This document shows, in pieces, positions 36,887-48,001 of a stretch of 64,000 nt of DNA. The notes under the pieces were generated by a model. That model searched no databases and had not been told where the DNA came from. It worked only from the letters and a program-made list of their open reading frames with translations. Source of the DNA: Solirubrobacteraceae bacterium (GTDB taxonomy: Bacteria; Actinomycetota; Thermoleophilia; Solirubrobacterales; Solirubrobacteraceae); assembly GCA_035940255.1 (NCBI GenBank), contig DASZFA010000042.1, positions 4,394-68,393 of the forward strand, written 5' to 3'. Within the stretch, counting starts at the first letter, position 1. Each line of letters begins with the position of its first letter. Both the position numbers and the translations under genes were made by a program.

Positions 36887-38260
36887 TCAGCGCTGCTTGG
36901 CGCCGACCGGAGGGCGGCCGTGGCGAATGTGACGCGCGGGCGTTGCCCGCTTTCTCGCCAGCGGTCCATCGTGCAGGACGAACCGCGCGACCGAGGCGCC
37001 GAGCTGCTGCCCGGCGTCCTCGTCCAGCTGCGTGTGGACACCGGCGAAGACACGACTCGCGCTGGCCTCGTTGGCCGCGGCGGCGTAACCGCTGAACTGT
37101 CGCGTTGTTCCCGGCATGACCTCGGAGGTGACTGTCAGCCCCTGGGCGTCACTGTGAAAGAACGAGCTCAGGACACTCGCCCCGGCCGCGCTGATCGCCG
37201 CATGCGCACCGGGGTAGGACGGTTCGGCGGGTGTTTTGCCTAGCGGCGTCCAGGTCGGGTTAGCCGTGAATCCGGGGAACCCGGTGCGGATCGCGCTCTG
37301 GGGGCGCCACACGTCGTAGGCGTACTTCGCGTCGTAGAACGCGATCACGGTGTCCGCGAGGGACGCGTTCAACTGCGCGAACAGCTGGGCGTCCTGGGCG
37401 AGCGTGTCGTGATGGGCAAGCGAAGCGCTCTGGGCGATCTCGTTCCAGTAGTCCCAGATCCCACCGCTCCAGAAGGTGGCGATCGTGGTCTGGTCGGCGG
37501 TGCGCGTGGTGCTCGTGTTCTGCCCGAGCGACTGGACCTGCGCCAGCGACTGGAGGTAGGTGGTGCTGGTCAGCGGCGCGGGTGCCGGCGGGCGGAACTG
37601 GCTGGCCCGAGCGAGCACGAACGGCTTCACGTTGGACCAATGGGTGAACGCCGCGGTCGCTGGCGGGGTCGGCTCGAACACCCCTGGACCGGGCGCCACG
37701 GAGTAGAGCGGAGGGGTCGCGCCCGATCCGTCCTGCGCCCGGTTGGCGAGGATGGCCTGGGCCGCCGCACTTCCCGCCTGGACCCCGCGGGCTCGACGCG
37801 CGTCGGCGCGTATCCCGGCCAGGTCGGCGTTCAGTTGGCTGTCGAGCGCCGCCTGCTGGGAGGGGTAGAGGGCCGCGAGCACGTCGTGCGCGGCCTGGTC
37901 GGCCGCGGCGGTCGGCGAGGCCGACCTCTTGAGGATGTGCTCGGGCAGGTACGGCGTGCCGCCCTCGACCGCGACGACGGCGTCATAGATGGCCAAATGG
38001 AGCATCGCGAAGGCACGCGTGGCGTGAATCGTCGGCGGCTGCAGCGGCTGCGGCGTCTTCGTCCGAACGATCGCAAGCAGCGTCCGGTTCCACTCGATCG
38101 CCGCGTTGGGCGCGGGAGCCGGTGCAGCGGCGGTGCTCGGCGCCGGCGTCGGGAAAGCCGGCGAGGGGGCGTTGGCTGGGAGCGACTGGGCGAACGCGGA
38201 GGGGGCAGCCACCGCGGAAGCCAGGAGCCCGGCCAGGGCGGACAGTCTACGTAGGGTCAT
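36887..38260 (-). CDS. Secreted PAP2 / vanadium-dependent haloperoxidase-like protein
   Basis: Signal peptide (MTLRRLS...AFAQ), KYAYDVWRP, PSYPGAH, SRVFAGVH; ATG 38260 follows an AGAGAGG SD. Confidence 0.85.
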   Translation of the reverse strand: MTLRRLSALAGLLASAVAAPSAFAQSLPANAPSPAFPTPAPSTAAAPAPAPNAAIEWNRTLLAIVRTKTPQPLQPPTIHATRAFAMLHLAIYDAVVAVEGGTPYLPEHILKRSASPTAAADQAAHDVLAALYPSQQAALDSQLNADLAGIRADARRARGVQAGSAAAQAILANRAQDGSGATPPLYSVAPGPGVFEPTPPATAAFTHWSNVKPFVLARASQFRPPAPAPLTSTTYLQSLAQVQSLGQNTSTTRTADQTTIATFWSGGIWDYWNEIAQSASLAHHDTLAQDAQLFAQLNASLADTVIAFYDAKYAYDVWRPQSAIRTGFPGFTANPTWTPLGKTPAEPSYPGAHAAISAAGASVLSSFFHSDAQGLTVTSEVMPGTTRQFSGYAAAANEASASRVFAGVHTQLDEDAGQQLGASVARFVLHDGPLARKRATPARHIRHGRPPVGAKQR

Positions 38261-38295
38261 GGAATGCCTCTCTTGTCTGGGGTTTGGGCGCGCAC

Positions 38296-38327
38296 TACGA
38301 CGTATCGTCGTCCTACGCAGCGTCGTA
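38296..38327. promoter_or_regulatory. Two tandem BlaI-like operators
   Basis: TACGAC-GTATC-GTCGTC (38296-38312) and TCCTAC-GCAGC-GTCGTA (38311-38327), upstream of the haloperoxidase-like gene. Confidence 0.6.
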
Positions 38328-38425
38328 TACCCATCACTGACGCCGAAGCCGCCGGTTCCTTCCTCCCTGAAGAAAGGATTTTTGTGAGGCGCTTGTGACC
38401 ACGACATCGCTCTACCGGCGCTTTC

Positions 38426-38442
38426 CACTACAGCACGTAGTA
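38426..38442. promoter_or_regulatory. BlaI-like operator CACTAC-AGCAC-GTAGTA
   Basis: One mismatch to consensus; overlaps a TAGAGT -10-like box upstream of the 38481 ORF. Confidence 0.65.
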
Positions 38443-38480
38443 GAGTCAGCGTCCCTTCAATCCAATCAACGGAGCGTGGC

Positions 38481-38818
38481 GTGCACACCCATGAGATCCA
38501 TGTCGCGGGGGGACGCGAGGCGGTAAGCGAGATCCGCCAGCGCCTATTCCTCTTCTCGGAGGTCCTCGAGGTGCTGGCTACGAGCCGGCCGAACTCGCTC
38601 GTCGTCGTGTTCTCGGGGCGCCCGCGTCCAGCAGTGTGGAACGGCCATCTTCGTGACGCCGGCTACGTGCTGCTCCGCAACCCGGCCAACCCGTCTCGAA
38701 AGGCCGTCGCAAGGTCCCATGCGCGGCCACGTCGCGCGTTCAGAAGCCCCGGCAGGGCGTTCGGACGCAGCGACCGGCCGCCGTTCGAGAGCCCGTGGGG
38801 ACGTCATGCACGCGATGG

Positions 38819-38822
<4 letters not shown>
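38481..38822 (+). CDS. Small hypothetical protein
   Basis: GGAG SD before GTG, operator/-10 upstream, globular-looking N-terminal ~70 aa; stop overlaps the ftsH stop. Confidence 0.55.
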
Positions 38823-40834
<2,012 letters not shown>

Positions 40835-40889
40835 CGGTGGTCTCCTTCATTTGACTGCGCGTGTTAGTCGCGGCGCTCATACTACACAC

Positions 40890-40906
40890 CATAGTAGACC
40901 CTCCAG
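40890..40906. promoter_or_regulatory. BlaI-like operator TACTAC-ACACC-ATAGTA upstream of ftsH
   Basis: One mismatch; about 55 bp from the ftsH start, nearly the same distance as the secY site. Confidence 0.7.
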
Positions 40907-41175
40907 CCCGCCGCGCTCCGCCCAACCGGCCCCTACGGGGAAGGATCGACTTCGCCAGGCGTCCTAGCTACCACACCGCGTCATATCCAACCCAGGTGCA
41001 ACCCGGTCCCGCACAAAGCCAGAGCCAAGGAACTCGATCGCGCATGAGACGTTCGCCCTTCCGCCCCTCCTCATCGGCGTCGACTCCATCCACGATGACC
41101 GCGCCCGCGGCGGCGATCGCATCAGGTCGCTGCCGGCATCCCGCCCATCCCCCCTCTGTCCGGAGCTGATCGCAG

Positions 41176-41511
41176 ATGAGGATCAGGATCAGCGGCTGGC
41201 GGCGGCGACAGAGCTGTGAGATCCGTGAGGCCGGCGGCGTGCCTGTCAAGCGGCGCCCGGAGCCAAAACGCACGCGCGCCCCCGGCGTCAAGGAGCACGT
41301 CACCCGGCTGGTCGTCGAAGTCGGCAACCGTGCACAAGCGTGGCGCAGCGCCGCTACCGAGACCGAGCTCGCGTTCAGATGGTGGAGGGAGGCTGCCCCG
41401 GGGGAGCGCGACGACGCTGCGGCGGTGTATCTGGCCGCCACCGAACGGGAGGAGACGGCGGCAAACGAGTACCGCCGAGTCTGGGAGACCTGCTGTGCCA
41501 CGGTGCCCTGA
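41176..41511 (+). CDS. Small helical hypothetical protein
   Basis: GGAG SD; helical-looking C-terminal half (AWRSAA...AFRWW...AAAVYLAATEREETAANEY). Confidence 0.55.
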   Translation: MRIRISGWRRRQSCEIREAGGVPVKRRPEPKRTRAPGVKEHVTRLVVEVGNRAQAWRSAATETELAFRWWREAAPGERDDAAAVYLAATEREETAANEYRRVWETCCATVP

Positions 41512-41599
41512 GCCGCTGCCGCGGGAGCCGGGGTCCAGCCGGCCAATGCCGTGTGCCTCGCGGATGCCGGGAAGGAAAGGCCCGCGACGGCGTCCTACC

Positions 41600-41616
41600 T
41601 ACGACGGACCGTAGTA
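41600..41616. promoter_or_regulatory. BlaI-like operator TACGAC-GGACC-GTAGTA upstream of the ferritin-tatA-tatC unit
   Basis: Exact match to TAC[GT]AC-N5-GTAGTA. Confidence 0.75.
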
Positions 41617-41723
41617 CGGCGGGCTGAGCAGACCCGCGCAGGAGCCGCATGTTGCGGCCAACGGGCACATCCAGCCGTATGTGACCGCCCGACATGTCCC
41701 CCAACAAGCAAAGGACGATCCCA

Positions 41724-42899
41724 ATGAAGAATCAAGACGCAACCTCTCCCCTCGCTCCCGAGGAGCAGCGCCAAGACGACCAGGTTCAGTCGCAGTGGAA
41801 CCGCGTCGTCGGGCGCCGCTCATTCTTGAAGGGCGTCGGCCTCGCGGGCGCCGCGGTGCTGCCCGGCAGCGCGCTTCTCTCGAGCCAGGCCATCGCCCGC
41901 AGCTCGAGCAAGCTGACGGAGGGCGACGTCGCGATCCTGCGGTTCCTCGCCGCGGTCGAGCTGATCGAGAGCGACCTGTGGCAGCAGTACAACGAGCTCG
42001 GTGGAGTCAATGGAGGCAACCCGTCCTATATGGCGGCGCTGTCGAACCTCGATGGAGACATGCCTCAGTACATAAACGACAACACCGAAGATGAGATCAG
42101 CCACGCGGCGTTCCTCAACGAATTCCTGGCGTCCAAGGGTGCGGAGCCGGTCAATCTCGACCCGTTTCGCACTCTGCCCAGCAGCAAAGCGACCGGGGCC
42201 CAGCAGATCGGACGCCTGACGAACCTCCTGTCCCTCGACGTCGACACGAGCTACTACACCCGCTACCGCAGCGCCCAGAGCCCCGACTTCGGCGCCAGCT
42301 TCCCGCAGGCGGTCACCATCAACAACCAGCCGGCGATCCCGTTGAACGACGAAGATACGCCGCCGGAAACCGAACAGCCGAACCCTCCGAAGACGGCACA
42401 CGCCAGGCGGATGCAGGCGATCGCCAACACGGCGGGCTTTCACTTCGGCTACATCGAGCAGGGCGGTTCGAGCCTCTACAGCATCATGGCTCTCAAATCA
42501 ACCAGCCTCCAGACCCTGCTGATCGCCGTCAGCATCGGCGGCGTCGAGACGAACCATTTCTCGCTCTGGCATGACAAGGCGGGCAATGCCGTCAACGAAC
42601 CACTCGCCGGGGTGGTTGATCCCGTCACCAAACTCACATTCCCCAATCTCAACGAAAACCCCCCCTTCGCCCCGGAGGAATTCAAAACAAACCTGATCCT
42701 GCCCGAGCCTACGCAGTTCATCAGCAAGAACCTTCCCGCCTGCTCGGTCGTGCGGCCCACGCTGGACGAAAACGGAGGCGCCGTCGCGACGATCAACAGC
42801 TTCGTCGCGGACCAGCTCTTCAAGGGCCAGTCGGACAGGTTCTTCAGCAAAGTCATGAAACTGGCCAAGGCGGCCGACGCCGCGGAGCGCCAGGTCTGA
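41724..42899 (+). CDS. Tat-exported ferritin-like (di-metal carboxylate) protein
   Basis: GRRSFLK twin-arginine signal; ELIESDLWQQY, DEISH, ETNH metal-ligand motifs; AAAGGA SD before ATG 41724. Confidence 0.85.
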   Translation: MKNQDATSPLAPEEQRQDDQVQSQWNRVVGRRSFLKGVGLAGAAVLPGSALLSSQAIARSSSKLTEGDVAILRFLAAVELIESDLWQQYNELGGVNGGNPSYMAALSNLDGDMPQYINDNTEDEISHAAFLNEFLASKGAEPVNLDPFRTLPSSKATGAQQIGRLTNLLSLDVDTSYYTRYRSAQSPDFGASFPQAVTINNQPAIPLNDEDTPPETEQPNPPKTAHARRMQAIANTAGFHFGYIEQGGSSLYSIMALKSTSLQTLLIAVSIGGVETNHFSLWHDKAGNAVNEPLAGVVDPVTKLTFPNLNENPPFAPEEFKTNLILPEPTQFISKNLPACSVVRPTLDENGGAVATINSFVADQLFKGQSDRFFSKVMKLAKAADAAERQV

Positions 42900-43030
42900 G
42901 AAGCAGCCGCTTGCGCCCGGCAGGCATGCGATCCGGTCGGGCCCACGACGGCGCGGCCAAATCAACTCGGTGACCGGCCGCGGCCCCTCCTCGGGGGTCG
43001 CGGCCGGCACCTCAACGAAAGGACATAGAC

Positions 43031-43243
43031 GTGTTCACCGGAATACTCCAACCCACCCACCTGATCATCCTGCTCGTCGTAGCGCTCATCTTCCTGGGCC
43101 CCAAACGTCTCCCCGACGCGGGCCGCGCCCTCGGCCAGGGCCTGAGGGAGTTCAAGAGCTCGATCGGCGGCGAGCACAACGAGGACCACGGGCTGCCGGC
43201 TCAAACCACGGTGAGCGCCGAGGAGAAGGCGCCATCGGTGTGA
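43031..43243 (+). CDS. tatA: Twin-arginine translocase TatA
   Basis: TM-LGPKRLPDAGRALGQGLREFK; AAAGGA SD. Confidence 0.93.
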   Translation: MFTGILQPTHLIILLVVALIFLGPKRLPDAGRALGQGLREFKSSIGGEHNEDHGLPAQTTVSAEEKAPSV

Positions 43244-43280
43244 TCTCTCCCCGGCGGCGCAGCGCAGCTGGACGAAAACC

Positions 43281-44282
43281 GTGTCGGTGAACCTCTCCAA
43301 AGCAGCTCTCGCGGGCGTCGATCACGAGGTGCGCCTGTCACTCGTCGACCATCTGGGCGAGCTGCGCGCGCGGCTCGTCGTCAGCGGCGTGGCGCTGCTC
43401 GTGGCATTCGGTCTCGCCTTCTGGCAGAACCACGCGCTGCTGAACGTCCTCAACCGACCGCTCGAACGGGCGACCGCGGGAGCGCTCAAGCACTCTCGCG
43501 GTCCGCTGGCGCAGAGCGCGCGCGAGCAGCAAGGCCTGCGCGTCGCGCTCGACCGCCAGCGCACCGCCTTCGAGCTGCTCGCGCGCTCCGCCAGCCCACT
43601 CGACGCCACGCAGCGCCAGGCATTGAGCGGCGCCGCCGAGGCCGACGCGGCCGCGGCCGCGCTCGCCCCGAGCGTGGCGCAGGGGCGCCAGCCCGTGACA
43701 CTCGGGATCGGCGAGCCGTTCGCCCAGACGGTGACGGTCGCGGGCTACTTTGCACTGCTGCTTGCGCTGCCCGTGATCCTGTGGCAGCTATACGCGTTCG
43801 TGATCCCCGCGCTCAGCAAGCGTGAGCGCCGAGCGACGCTGCCGCTGCTCGTCATGGCGCCGCTGCTGTTCGTGGGCGGGATCCTGTTCGGCTACTTCGT
43901 CGTGCTGCCCGGAGCGGTCGGCTTCCTGCAGAACTTCAACGCGAGCTCCTTCGACGCGCTCGTGCAGGCGCGCAGCTACTACTCGTTCATCCTGCTCACG
44001 CTCGTAGCCTCCGGACTGTTGTTTCAAATCCCGGTCGCGGTCATCGGGCTCACGCGGGCGCGGGTCGTATCGACGCGCCAGCTCCGCAGGCACAGGCGCT
44101 ACGCGATCGTCATCATCACCGCGCTGGCCCTGCTGCTTCCGGGGACCGACCCCGTCACCACCGGGTTGGAGCTGGCACCGATGCTGCTCCTGTACGAGGC
44201 CAGCATCGTGCTCGCATCGTTCCTGGAACGCCGCTCGCACCAGGGCGCCGGTGACAAGGCCGCCGAGCACACCCGCCCCTGA
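43281..44282 (+). CDS. tatC: Twin-arginine translocase TatC
   Basis: LVDHLGELRARL, QLYAFVIPAL, FQIPV, PGTDPVT, LYEASI. Confidence 0.93.
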   Translation: MSVNLSKAALAGVDHEVRLSLVDHLGELRARLVVSGVALLVAFGLAFWQNHALLNVLNRPLERATAGALKHSRGPLAQSAREQQGLRVALDRQRTAFELLARSASPLDATQRQALSGAAEADAAAAALAPSVAQGRQPVTLGIGEPFAQTVTVAGYFALLLALPVILWQLYAFVIPALSKRERRATLPLLVMAPLLFVGGILFGYFVVLPGAVGFLQNFNASSFDALVQARSYYSFILLTLVASGLLFQIPVAVIGLTRARVVSTRQLRRHRRYAIVIITALALLLPGTDPVTTGLELAPMLLLYEASIVLASFLERRSHQGAGDKAAEHTRP

Positions 44283-44284
44283 GC

Positions 44285-44301
44285 TCCTACACGGGATCGT
44301 A
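44285..44301. promoter_or_regulatory. Degenerate BlaI-like operator TCCTAC-ACGGG-ATCGTA
   Basis: Two mismatches; overlaps a TAGATT -10-like box upstream of the COG4315 gene. Confidence 0.5.
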
Positions 44302-44416
44302 GATTGCGGGAAGGTCCCGCCCACCCCGGGGTCTTTTATTCCGACAGCCTGAACCGCCCCCGAGATTCTCCGCGAGAGGTTCAGCGATCCTCCCCCACCT
44401 GACAGGAGCAAATCTG

Positions 44417-44950
44417 ATGAAACCCACTCGCCCCGCATCTCTCGGTCTGGCCGTCGTTCTCGTCGGTGTCGCGGTGCTCGTCTTCGCCGTCGCCGGAGGC
44501 AGCGCCAAGAAAGCATCGCCGGTCGCGGCCGCAAGCGCCGTCAGCGTCAAGCAGACGTCACTCGGCCAGACCCTCGTCGACGCAAACGGACGCACCCTCT
44601 ACCTGTTCGAAGCCGACACCGCTGGAGTCAGCACCCTGTCCCCGGCCGGACTCGCCGTGTGGCCGGCGTTCACCAGCGCCGTGACACCGCAGGCAAAGGG
44701 CGGCGCCGCTGCGGCCGACATCGGGACCATCGCCGGTCCGGGTGGCACGCGCCAGGTGACCTACAACGGCCATCCGCTCTACTACTACGTAGGCGACCGA
44801 CAGGCCGGCAGCACCGCCGGCCAGGGCCTGAACCAGTTCGGCGCCCTCTGGTACGTCCTCTCGCCCGGCGGTAACGGCGTCAGGAGCGCACCGGCGACAG
44901 CGGCTCCCGCCGCCGAAGGCGCGGGCGGCGGTTACCGCTCGGGATACTGA
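44417..44950 (+). CDS. Secreted COG4315 / Y-X4-D repeat (Lipoprotein_15-like) protein
   Basis: Signal peptide, LVDANGRTLYLFEAD, WP, QVTYNGHPLYYYVGD, GQG, WY; AGGAG SD. Confidence 0.88.
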   Translation: MKPTRPASLGLAVVLVGVAVLVFAVAGGSAKKASPVAAASAVSVKQTSLGQTLVDANGRTLYLFEADTAGVSTLSPAGLAVWPAFTSAVTPQAKGGAAAADIGTIAGPGGTRQVTYNGHPLYYYVGDRQAGSTAGQGLNQFGALWYVLSPGGNGVRSAPATAAPAAEGAGGGYRSGY

Positions 44951-45017
44951 TGCCGATCGGCAGGACCGGGGGCCGGCTGTTCGGGGCGCGCCACCACGGG
45001 CGCGCCTCCTCGCCGGG

Positions 45018-46316
45018 CTATGCGGGCGCGCCGGCGGAGAGCTCCTCATACAGCGGGTAGCGCTCGGCGATCGCCGTCGCGCGCTCTGCGAGCTCGCCCG
45101 CGCGCGCCTCATATTCGGGAGTTAGCGCGGTCGCGAGGATCCTTCCCACCTCGACGAAGTCCTCCTGTTGCAAGCCGCGGGTGGCCAGCGCCGGCGTGCC
45201 GATGCGGAGACCGGACGCCTCCATCGGCGGGCGGGGGTCGAACGGCACCGCGTTGCGGTTCACGGTGATCCCGATCGCCTGCAGGCGGTCCTCCGCCTGC
45301 CTGCCCGTGAGCTCGGGCTCGGCCGCTCGGAGGTCGACCAGCGCCAGGTGGACGTCGGTGCCGCCAGTCAAGACGTTGACGCCGTGCCCGGCCTTCAGCA
45401 GCTCCTGCGCGAGCGCGCGCGCGCCCTCGATCGTGCGGCGCTGGCGCTCCGCGAACAGCTCGCTCGCCGCGATCTTGAACGCCACCGCCTTCGCGGCGAT
45501 CACGTGCTCGAGCGGACCACCCTGCTGGCCTGGGAACACCGCCGAGTCGATCCTCTTCGCGTACTCGCCCTTGCATAGGATCACGCCCGCCCGCGGGCCG
45601 CCGAGCGTCTTGTGCGTCGTGGTCGTGACGACGTCGGCGCCTTGCTCGACCGGGTTGGGATGCAGCCCGGCCGCGACCAGCCCGGCGAAATGGGCCATGT
45701 CGACCATCAACAGCGCGCCCACCTCGTCGGCGATCTCGCGAAAGCGGGGGAAGTCGAGCTGGCGCGGATAGGCCGACCAGCCCGCCAGCAGGAGCTTGGG
45801 CCGCCGCTCGCCCGCGATGCGGGCGACCTCGTCCATGTCTATCAGGCTCGTCTCGGGGTCGACCTCGTAGGCGGCGATCTCGTAGAGGCGGCCCGACACG
45901 TTGAGCCTCATGCCGTGGGTGAGATGGCCACCGTGGGCCAGGGACAGGCCCATGATCGTCTCTCCCGGGGAGAGCAGCGCGTGGTAGACAGCCGCGTTGG
46001 CCTGCGAGCCGGAGTGCGGCTGGACGTTCGCGTGCTCCGCTCCGAACAGCTCCTTGGCGCGGTCGATCGCAAGCTGCTCGGAGATGTCGACCCACTCGCA
46101 GCCGCCGTAGTAGCGGCGGCCGGGATAGCCCTCGGCGTACTTGTTCGTCAGCACCGAGCCCTGGCATTCGAGCACGGCGCGCGGGACGAAGTTCTCCGAG
46201 GCGATCATCTCGAGGGTGCGCTGCTCGCGCTCGAGCTCGCCGCGCAGCACCTCGGCGATCTCCGGGTCAACCTCGGCGACGGAGCGGTTGAAGTAGTCGG
46301 GGCTGAGCTCGGACAC
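45018..46316 (-). CDS. glyA: Serine hydroxymethyltransferase
   Basis: [29 protein letters not shown]; GTG 46316 follows AAGGAG. Confidence 0.98.
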   Translation of the reverse strand: MSELSPDYFNRSVAEVDPEIAEVLRGELEREQRTLEMIASENFVPRAVLECQGSVLTNKYAEGYPGRRYYGGCEWVDISEQLAIDRAKELFGAEHANVQPHSGSQANAAVYHALLSPGETIMGLSLAHGGHLTHGMRLNVSGRLYEIAAYEVDPETSLIDMDEVARIAGERRPKLLLAGWSAYPRQLDFPRFREIADEVGALLMVDMAHFAGLVAAGLHPNPVEQGADVVTTTTHKTLGGPRAGVILCKGEYAKRIDSAVFPGQQGGPLEHVIAAKAVAFKIAASELFAERQRRTIEGARALAQELLKAGHGVNVLTGGTDVHLALVDLRAAEPELTGRQAEDRLQAIGITVNRNAVPFDPRPPMEASGLRIGTPALATRGLQQEDFVEVGRILATALTPEYEARAGELAERATAIAERYPLYEELSAGAPA

Positions 46317-46346
46317 GGCGCTCTCCTTGGCAGATGACGGCGATTG

Positions 46347-46420
46347 GTGCCCAGGCGCGCGGCGCAAACGCTTGCCGCTTCCCGGTGGTCGCTTCCACCT
46401 CAGGCGCCAGTCGCGGCAGC
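46347..46420 (-). ncRNA. ZMP/ZTP (pfl) riboswitch
   Basis: Minus strand reads CCGCGACTGGCG...GGTGG-AAGCGA-CCACC-GGGAAGCGG...CCGCGCGCCTGGGCA, matching the ZTP consensus, in the glyA leader. Confidence 0.88.
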
Positions 46421-46457
46421 TGTGACGAGGCTAGCAGGGGGCCGTGATCTGCGCAGC

Positions 46458-47090
46458 TCAGCCGGCCGCGTCGAACAGCTCCTGCACTTCCTGGCGTGCG
46501 AGCGCCCCCTCACGCAGCAGGTGCCAGCGCCGTTCGCTGTCGAAGTCGCGCAGGTCGACGACGGTCGAGGGGACCCCTGGCAGCTCGCCGCCGTCCAGCA
46601 CGAGGTCGGCGCCGTCGAGCACGCGGGCGGGAACGGCCTGCAGGCTGCGCGCGTCGGGCTCGCCGGAGATGTTCGCGCTCGACTGCATGACCGGCGCGGA
46701 GATCGACCGGAGGGCGGACAGCGGATCCGGCAGTCGCGGCACGCGCAGGCCGAGCGTCCACGGGTCCGACCTGCAGGCCGCGGCGAACTGGCCGCCGCGG
46801 TTCGCCAGCAGCACGGTCACCGGTCCCGGCAGCAGCGCCCGCAGTGCGACGCGCTCAGCGTCGGTCAGCTCGCTGAGAGTCAGCAGCGCCGGCTCGAGCG
46901 CGAAGAACATGACCGCGCATGCGCGCGTGGCCGCCCGGCCCTTGAGCTCATAGAGCCGTCGCGCCGCGTCCTCGTCCTCGGGGTCGCAGCACAGGCCGTA
47001 GACGGTGTCGGTGGGAAACACGGCGACGCCTCCCCCGGCCACGCACTCCTCAAGACGAGATCCGTCGCTCGCGTGAAGGCTCGTCCTCAT
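46458..47090 (-). CDS. tsaC: L-threonylcarbamoyladenylate synthase (Sua5/YrdC)
   Basis: FPTDTVYGL, LKGR, PGPVT, SSANISG, PSTVVD. Confidence 0.92.
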   Translation of the reverse strand: MRTSLHASDGSRLEECVAGGGVAVFPTDTVYGLCCDPEDEDAARRLYELKGRAATRACAVMFFALEPALLTLSELTDAERVALRALLPGPVTVLLANRGGQFAAACRSDPWTLGLRVPRLPDPLSALRSISAPVMQSSANISGEPDARSLQAVPARVLDGADLVLDGGELPGVPSTVVDLRDFDSERRWHLLREGALARQEVQELFDAAG

Positions 47091-48001
47091 CGCAGCCGTC
47101 CCTCTCCGACCACGACCCGCTCGACCCCTGCGAGGTCCCGCTCACGGCGCACGCTGCGAAAGCCCGCGGCGCCGGTCAACTCGCCGACGGCGGGCGCCTG
47201 GCCCGCGCCAACCTCGAGCGCGACGAAGTCGACCCGCTCGCGCAGGCTGAGCTGCTCGAGCAGGGCCCGGATCGCCGACAGCCCGTCTCCTGCGGCGAAC
47301 AGAGCGCCTGGGGGCTCGTGGCGGACGATCTCGGGGGCCAGCGCCGCGCGCTCGGACTCGGCGACGTAGGGCAGATTTGCGAGCACCGCGCGGAACTCGT
47401 CGGGCACTCCGGCGAGCAGGTCCGCAGCCAGCCAGCGCACCTCGAGGCCCAGCCGCTCGCCGTTGCCGCGTGCCAGCTCGAGCGCGTCCTCGCTGAGCTC
47501 GCTCGCGGTCACGTCGAGGTCGGGGCGCTCGTGCTTGAGCGCGAGCGCAACGGCGCCGCTGCCCGTGCCGACCTCGAGCACGCGGGATCCGCGCGGGAGC
47601 GCGAGGGCAACCTCCACGAGCAGCTCGGTCTCCGGCCGGGGCACGAGCGCCCTGCGATCGACGGCGAGCTCCAGGTTGCGAAAGCCGCGGTGGCCGACAA
47701 CGTAGGCGACCGGCTCACGCTCGACGGCGCGCCGGCGAACCGCGTCCTGGAAGGCGCGCACCGCCGTACCCTCCACGCGCAGCTCCCGGTCGAGCAGGAG
47801 GCGCTCGCGGCCGACCCCGAGTACATGCGCCAGCAGCAGTTCGGCGTCGAGCCGCGGTGTCTCACATCCCGCGGCCGTGATCGCGGTGATCGCGCCCTCG
47901 AGCGCGTCGCCTACGGTGTGGGCCCCCGACGCGCGGCCGGGGCGGCCGGCGGGCCCCGCGCCGGCGTGCGCCGCCGGCTGCCCCTGGCGGACCGCTGTCA
48001 T
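47087..48001 (-). CDS. prmC: Release factor glutamine methyltransferase
   Basis: EPVAY, LVPRPETE, GTGSGA, NLPY; follows prfA. Confidence 0.93.
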   Translation of the reverse strand: MTAVRQGQPAAHAGAGPAGRPGRASGAHTVGDALEGAITAITAAGCETPRLDAELLLAHVLGVGRERLLLDRELRVEGTAVRAFQDAVRRRAVEREPVAYVVGHRGFRNLELAVDRRALVPRPETELLVEVALALPRGSRVLEVGTGSGAVALALKHERPDLDVTASELSEDALELARGNGERLGLEVRWLAADLLAGVPDEFRAVLANLPYVAESERAALAPEIVRHEPPGALFAAGDGLSAIRALLEQLSLRERVDFVALEVGAGQAPAVGELTGAAGFRSVRRERDLAGVERVVVGEGRLR

